Part shown: one piece after another, positions 39,104 to 44,035 of the stretch
How positions within the stretch are numbered: the stretch's first letter is position 1
Layout of the letters: each line of letters opens with the position of its first letter
Origin: Parasitella parasitica NRRL 2501
Lineage: Eukaryota; Fungi; Mucoromycota
DNA length: 44,035 nucleotides
Reading direction: 5' to 3'
Assembly (NCBI GenBank): GCA_025201805.1
Contig: MU619352.1
Location: forward strand, 37,461-81,495
The notes under the pieces: model-generated
The model's database searches: none
Told to the model about the DNA's origin: nothing
Seen by the model: only the letters and a program-made list of their open reading frames with translations
Program-made: the position numbers and the translations under genes

Positions 39104-40370
39104 ATGAGTTCAGAAGCACCACAATTAGATATTCTCGAAACTTCAAAAGAAAAGTTTGTAAACCTTATTGCGGAATTGAATGATTCACAATTCCATAGCT
39201 TTCAGGACTTTGTTCAATCAGCACTTGGTAAGGAAAAGCAATGTTCATTTTGACGTTTCCATTGACAAAGCTATAGAGGAATACCATGCCCAGTTGCATC
39301 ACCATCATGAAGCCAATGATAACGATGAAGAGCACATGCTAACAGAGCAGCACAATGGTAAATTCCAACCTGTGAGCGATGCTAAAATGATGCGACTGGG
39401 GAGAATGATCAAGGATCTTCGTACTCGCGTCCCTATTTCAGCTGAAGCTCCTGGTGAAAATACCACAATTCCCGATACACCCGAAGTAAATGTGCATTGA
39501 TTTTACTGCTGTCTGTGAATTAATGTAGTATCTAGTTCAAGGGATTCACTGAGCAAAATACTGTCCATGTCGATGGATTTTTATTTTCAGAGGAGGATGT
39601 CGACGATCTTGTCGATGAGGGAAAGATGTCTCGTAACTATTGCGGCGACTGTGGATCAAGAAAAGTTGCTCCTCTAAGTAAATTAAGGCTTTTTATTACA
39701 ATTTGACTAGCAATGACGCTCATGATTTTTTATTTGTCCTTTTTAGATTTCATCTCTCATTCTGCCTCTGTATTGCAATTGCAATTCCTGTATCAAGTTG
39801 CATTAGCTGATCAAGTTAAGGACAAGGTGATTGTTGACGTTGGGTCGAGACTAGGTGCAGTTTTATATTCTGTAGGTTTGAGATAATTTAATTTGAAAAC
39901 ATGTTCCTTACGACAAAGTTCAGGGTTACTTGTTCACCCGCGCAAGAAAACTGATTGGTATCGAAATCAACGAATGGTTCACCAAATTGCAAGAAGAAAT
40001 GATCAAAAAGTATAAAATGGACGATCGTGTACAGGTTATGTGTGAAGATATTCTAAACGTCCCTGAATTATTATCGAATGAAGCAAATATTGTCATTATG
40101 AACAACGTTTTCCAATTTTTCAACGAGCTTGCCACACAGCAAAAAATTTGGAAATTTGTGCGCACAGAAACAAAGAAAAAGTCTGGACTATTACTGGTAA
40201 CTCTTCCATCCTTGCAGGAACAACTAAAGGAGGCTGGCATGTCTGCTTCTAAGTTAATGCGCGGCTGGGTCAAGGAAGTCAAATTAGATTATGATGGCGG
40301 ATGGTTCCAGGAGTTAAATGATGATGAATTGGGAGAAATTAAACAGGTTCACTTATATAGAGTAGTGTAA
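39104..40370 (+). CDS. Uncharacterised class I SAM-dependent methyltransferase with a CxxC motif
   Basis: Five exons. VHVDGFLF, SRNYCGDCGS, FISHS, motif I VIVDVGSRLGAVLY, LIGIEIN, motif IV-like IVIMNNVFQFF. Confidence 0.75.
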
Positions 40371-40954
40371 TTCAACTGTGAGCCTTCTAAACATTTCTAC
40401 TGTTCTGGAATATTGCGTTATAGTGTCCTTTTATACCTAATAGTAGTATATTATGTCATTACTTGTGTTTACTTTACACTAACGTCTCAAAATAAAGTTT
40501 CGATCTTGATTCGTAATAGTTGTACTGAACCGTGTGTGTTGGAAAGGTTTTCCACCCAATCAGGATGCTTTGGAAACCCAACTATCATTCAATATTGGCG
40601 ACGCAATGGTAAAAATCCACCTCGCTACACATTGAAACGCAAGCAAAGATCCACATAACAATCACAAGGCAACCCACCAAGCAACCTAACCCCAAATCTC
40701 GCACATCACCAAACTTTAATCGGCTTCGAAGAGCCTGGGAGAGGGCGGTGTGATGTCCAGAGATACTCTGACCTTGAATCGATGAAGTAAATATCACGTG
40801 GACTGGACATACTCCAATCGTGCTCGGTCTTCAGGGGACTTACACTAAATTATTGATCCTGGTTCTCTCTCAGATTAAAGAGCACAATCCGAGACTCCCA
40901 TACTCACATCGTCCCCTCTACGACCTTACGGCACGACGCTGCTGTGTGAGTAAC

Positions 40955-41060
40955 TTTGTTTTAATTGCTGTTGTGTGACAGTCTTCATTTTAATTACTGT
41001 TGTGTTGGTGACAGTTCATTTTAATTACTGTTGTGTTGGTGGCACTCTTTGTTTTAATTC
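40955..41060. repeat. Tandem ~30-bp minisatellite (about 3.5 copies)
   Basis: Unit ttcattttaattactgttgtgttggtgacag at 40984 and 41015, with variants at 40955 and 41048. Confidence 0.8.
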
Positions 41061-41361
41061 CAGCCAATAATAATGCAACTATAATTTCTGACGCACCACT
41101 CTCATTTTAACTGTTATGCGACTGGTGCCTGCCAAAAAGGGCTACCTCCATCCTTTTATTTGTCTCCCCAGGTTGTCGTTCTCTGTTTGTGTGCTTTATG
41201 CAAGTGTTCATCGAATATCGTTGCCACTGCTGTGAGTAATGCTTCGCCAGACGACAAAATTTACGTATGCACTACAGCATCGTTGAGAAAATTCATCTCA
41301 TGTCACCAAGTCGCGGCAGGCCCTGGTTCCAACTTGCTGCGGATCAATTCTTCACTGCTAA

Positions 41362-41986
41362 GAGCATCTCCAACGGAGATGCTAAACAAAAAGCCATTTA
41401 AAGCATCTTTTTTTTTTGACTACCCCAAAATTTTTTGTCTGCTTTTTTGGAAGTGCTAATTTGAGACGAAAATTTTAGAAATCAAGCGACCTAATTCTCA
41501 TAAATCATCATTTAAATGGTTGTTTTCGATGGACATTTTGATATAATATTTGTTCAAAATTAATTAAGGGTGTGTAATAGCGGAGATTATGTAATCGAGG
41601 TTTTCTGGAACAATATGATATTGATTTATCGATAAAATAAATGGAGTATTTATACTATTTGATATTCGCTCGGTTAAAATAATATGTTTTGGTTATTCAG
41701 TTATATATATTTGATATGGTTAAGGGCCTTGATACCAGAAAGATAATGGTAGCTACCCGCCGCCCTGCCTTGGTTCGCAGTTGGGGAATCATCTTGGAAC
41801 ACCTCGAGTATTACCATCAACACAAGTTTCAATATAGCTTTTTCAAAATAACGGCCAAATTTGGCTTCCTGGCAATCTTATTTTAGCTTTTGCTAAATAT
41901 GGCACCCTGTTTACCTGGTCCGTTGGAGACCATTTTTATTTATTTGGAGGTATTTTGGGAAATTAGCACCTCCGTTGCAGATGCTC
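41362..41986. mobile_element. PIF/Harbinger (Tourist-like) MITE, 625 bp
   Basis: TAA TSD at 41359-41361 and 41987-41989. 24-bp TIRs gagcatctccaacggagatgctaa versus rc gagcatctgcaacggaggtgctaa (2 mismatches). AT-rich non-coding interior; excision restores the host frame. Confidence 0.9.
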
Positions 41987-42544
41987 TAACGAGGAAAATG
42001 CAACCATCGTCAAATATGCATGTCCCTGCTGCAGCCATTGTTTTGATGAGCTTGTCAATCTTGGCACCCACCTTGATATTCACCTTGGACAACATGGCGC
42101 GTTGGTTGATAGGTAAGCTTATTAAACAGTTTTTTGTGCATTAACATCAACTCATTTTGTGCGTGTTTATAAAGTGAAATCAAAAGCGTGGATGGCCTTC
42201 CCAATGTGGACGATGACAATGGCTTTGAACCAGAAGATCAATCAACAATTCAAGAACGACTGCCAACAATTTCACCATCGCTGCACCCTGGTAACATTGC
42301 CATCAATCCCATCACTGTCAATCCGTCGAGGAGAAACTTTGATGAAGCAGTCATCGATGCTTGCCAACAATTAGGCAGTCAACATGCTGAGCGGCAAAAG
42401 ACCTTGCATATTGTCGATGTCCTTGACCTAAAACCATTTGCCTTCTTCGACAAGAATGGTATTGAACAAAATACCTTAGCCCACGAGCGCGTTATCAGCA
42501 ACATCACGGCAGACAATGACTCAATCATACCCATCTTTCCATTG

Positions 42545-42925
42545 TGTTTAGGATGTAAAGGCTAAGCGAGGTGGGTTGTTGAGTTGATGTTGTGCCTGAG
42601 ATCCAACTTGGGTATTCTCACAATTATGCAAAAGTATTATACCATGGTTACACTCATTAGAAATCCTTTATACCACAAGGCGATTATACTCTTTCTCAAG
42701 ACCANNNNNNNNNNNNNNNNNNNNNNNNNNNNNNNNNNNNNNNNNNNNNNNNNNNNNNNNNNNNNNNNNNNNNNNNNNNNNNNNNNNNNNNNNNATGCAA
42801 CCGATGTCAGCACTCGAAAAGTATAAATAGTCTAGGCAAATGTTGTGTAGAGAAGAATCATCTTATTTTATATACGAATAAATATATCCAGTTTTAATTG
42901 TACATCTATTTCGTATATTAAAACA
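42545..42925 (+). mobile_element. LTR retrotransposon insertion (solo LTR, or an element collapsed into the gap)
   Basis: TGTTT...AAACA termini, 5-bp TSD cattg at 42540-42544 and 42926-42930, TATAAATA and AATAAA in the 3' part. Excision restores IIPIFPL-KRSYD. Confidence 0.85.
42705..42794. other. Assembly gap (90 N) inside the LTR insertion
   Basis: N run. Confidence 0.99.
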
Positions 42926-44035
42926 CATTGAAACGTTCGTACGATAATGAGGAGAGCGTCCCTTGCATGAAATGCACACCTATAACCACTCCAGGCCTCG
43001 ACCGGGTCCTTGCTTCATCGCCCTACAGCAAATTAATTCGTCAAGGAAAATATGTGGAGCTCTCATCAGCAATGTGCAAATTATTGAACCGAGATTGGGA
43101 ATTACACCCACAAATGCGATATTTCACAGACAAGATCTTCTCTGGCGCCATCATGCACAAAACTGGCAACGGGCAAGCCATCATGATCAATACCGTAGAG
43201 GCCTATGGACGAACCAAGCATGTGGATGGCCACCACGAAACTTTTGGCCGCCTTAAGGACACTGTCGTAGACACGTCACTCCCGTCGCCAATTAACACAA
43301 AATATCCTGACGTTTGGCCTAATAGCCTGCAACATGCTGATGGCACGAAACTGTTGATCGGCAATCAAGCCTCTAATGTGTTGATCACGTCAAGCATGCT
43401 GCGCCTGGATGCAAGAGTGAAACCATACGTTGGCTCAATCAATATGTCATTTCGATTATTATCATCGACTGTAGATTCACTTTGCGTAAGGCTCTATCTA
43501 GATTCAGTCTGCCTGGAGGAAGCATTGATCATTTTGGAATTACCAGACACATCTTGCCTCTCGTCGTTCAGTATGATCTATCAATTTCGCCAAATCAGAA
43601 GTAAATTTGCCACACCACCTGCGTGCGCCCTTTGCCGTTCTTCCGGGCCCATTACCCGAGCTCATGTATGCCAACCTTCCACGGTGTTTACATTGGGCGA
43701 CAATGACCGTGGTAACAATTCTGGGGCAACTCTCTTTCGTACTATTGGCATTCTCGTGCTAAAGCACGGCAGTGCGGCGCGTTTGCAAAAGCGCACTGTC
43801 GAGGAATTGATTCCTTTGGCCACGGGCAAGATCAAGGAGCTGTTGCTCATCATCTGTCGTTTGTTTCCCTCTGCCGACGAAGACATGGCCATAATCAACA
43901 ATCAGCAACTAAGCAATTACCTGAGCACTATGGCCAATCTCTTTTGTTGTGCCAGAAAGGCATGAGATTAAGCAATTATTAGATTGGTAATTCTTTGTAT
44001 ACAATGACAAGGAATAAGCTATTAATGTACAGTAG

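Larger units (their letters stand above)
41198..43965 (+). pseudogene. Disrupted gene: two C2H2 zinc fingers plus an uncharacterised (possibly AAG-like) domain, interrupted by a MITE and an LTR
   Basis: Joining 41198-41361, 41990-42112, 42175-42544 and 42931-43965 gives 1692 nt in one frame with one internal stop (41237-41239). Fingers YRCHCCE*CFARRQNLRMHY and YACPCCSHCFDELVNLGTHLDIH. Confidence 0.75.

Noticed and set aside
40955-41060. CRISPR-like ~30-bp repeats
   Set aside because: The units are adjacent with no unique spacers, there are no cas genes, and the context is eukaryotic; this is a minisatellite.
1-44035. tRNA/rRNA genes and stop-readthrough PTS1 extensions
   Set aside because: No T-loop/cloverleaf or rRNA signature was noticed by eye. 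The sequence after the metH and thioesterase stops gives no TGA-CTA context or SKL-type end.

Overview
Intron-rich, AT-rich eukaryotic genomic DNA, most likely from an early-diverging fungus (Mucoromycota/Mucorales). This is inferred from the short ~50-80 nt introns, compact gene spacing and a B12-dependent MetH. The core (5-40.4 kb) holds 14 genes: STK32/YANK-like kinase, dynein intermediate chain, NBS1, JMJD6, a CsbD-like protein, cobalamin-dependent methionine synthase, mL53/MRPL44, BCAT, Cut8/Sts1, a CaMKK-like kinase, CENP-N, a PTS2-bearing thioesterase, ceramide synthase, plus a long coiled-coil protein and an uncharacterised methyltransferase (15 in total with both counted). Both ends are nested transposon graveyards that can be reconstructed to the base. 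Left: a DD34E Tc1 transposase interrupted by a 5'-truncated LINE (12-bp TSD, poly(A)), followed by a serine-recombinase-like (IGYARK) remnant. Right: a ~563-codon gene with two C2H2 zinc fingers and a domain resembling the AAG/MPG alkylpurine glycosylase fold, split by a Harbinger/Tourist MITE (TAA TSD) and an LTR (5-bp TSD). Other highlights are the overlapping stop codons of convergent NBS1 and JMJD6, and a CENP-N in a lineage reported to lack CENP-A. All family calls come from manual motif recognition; no searches were run.
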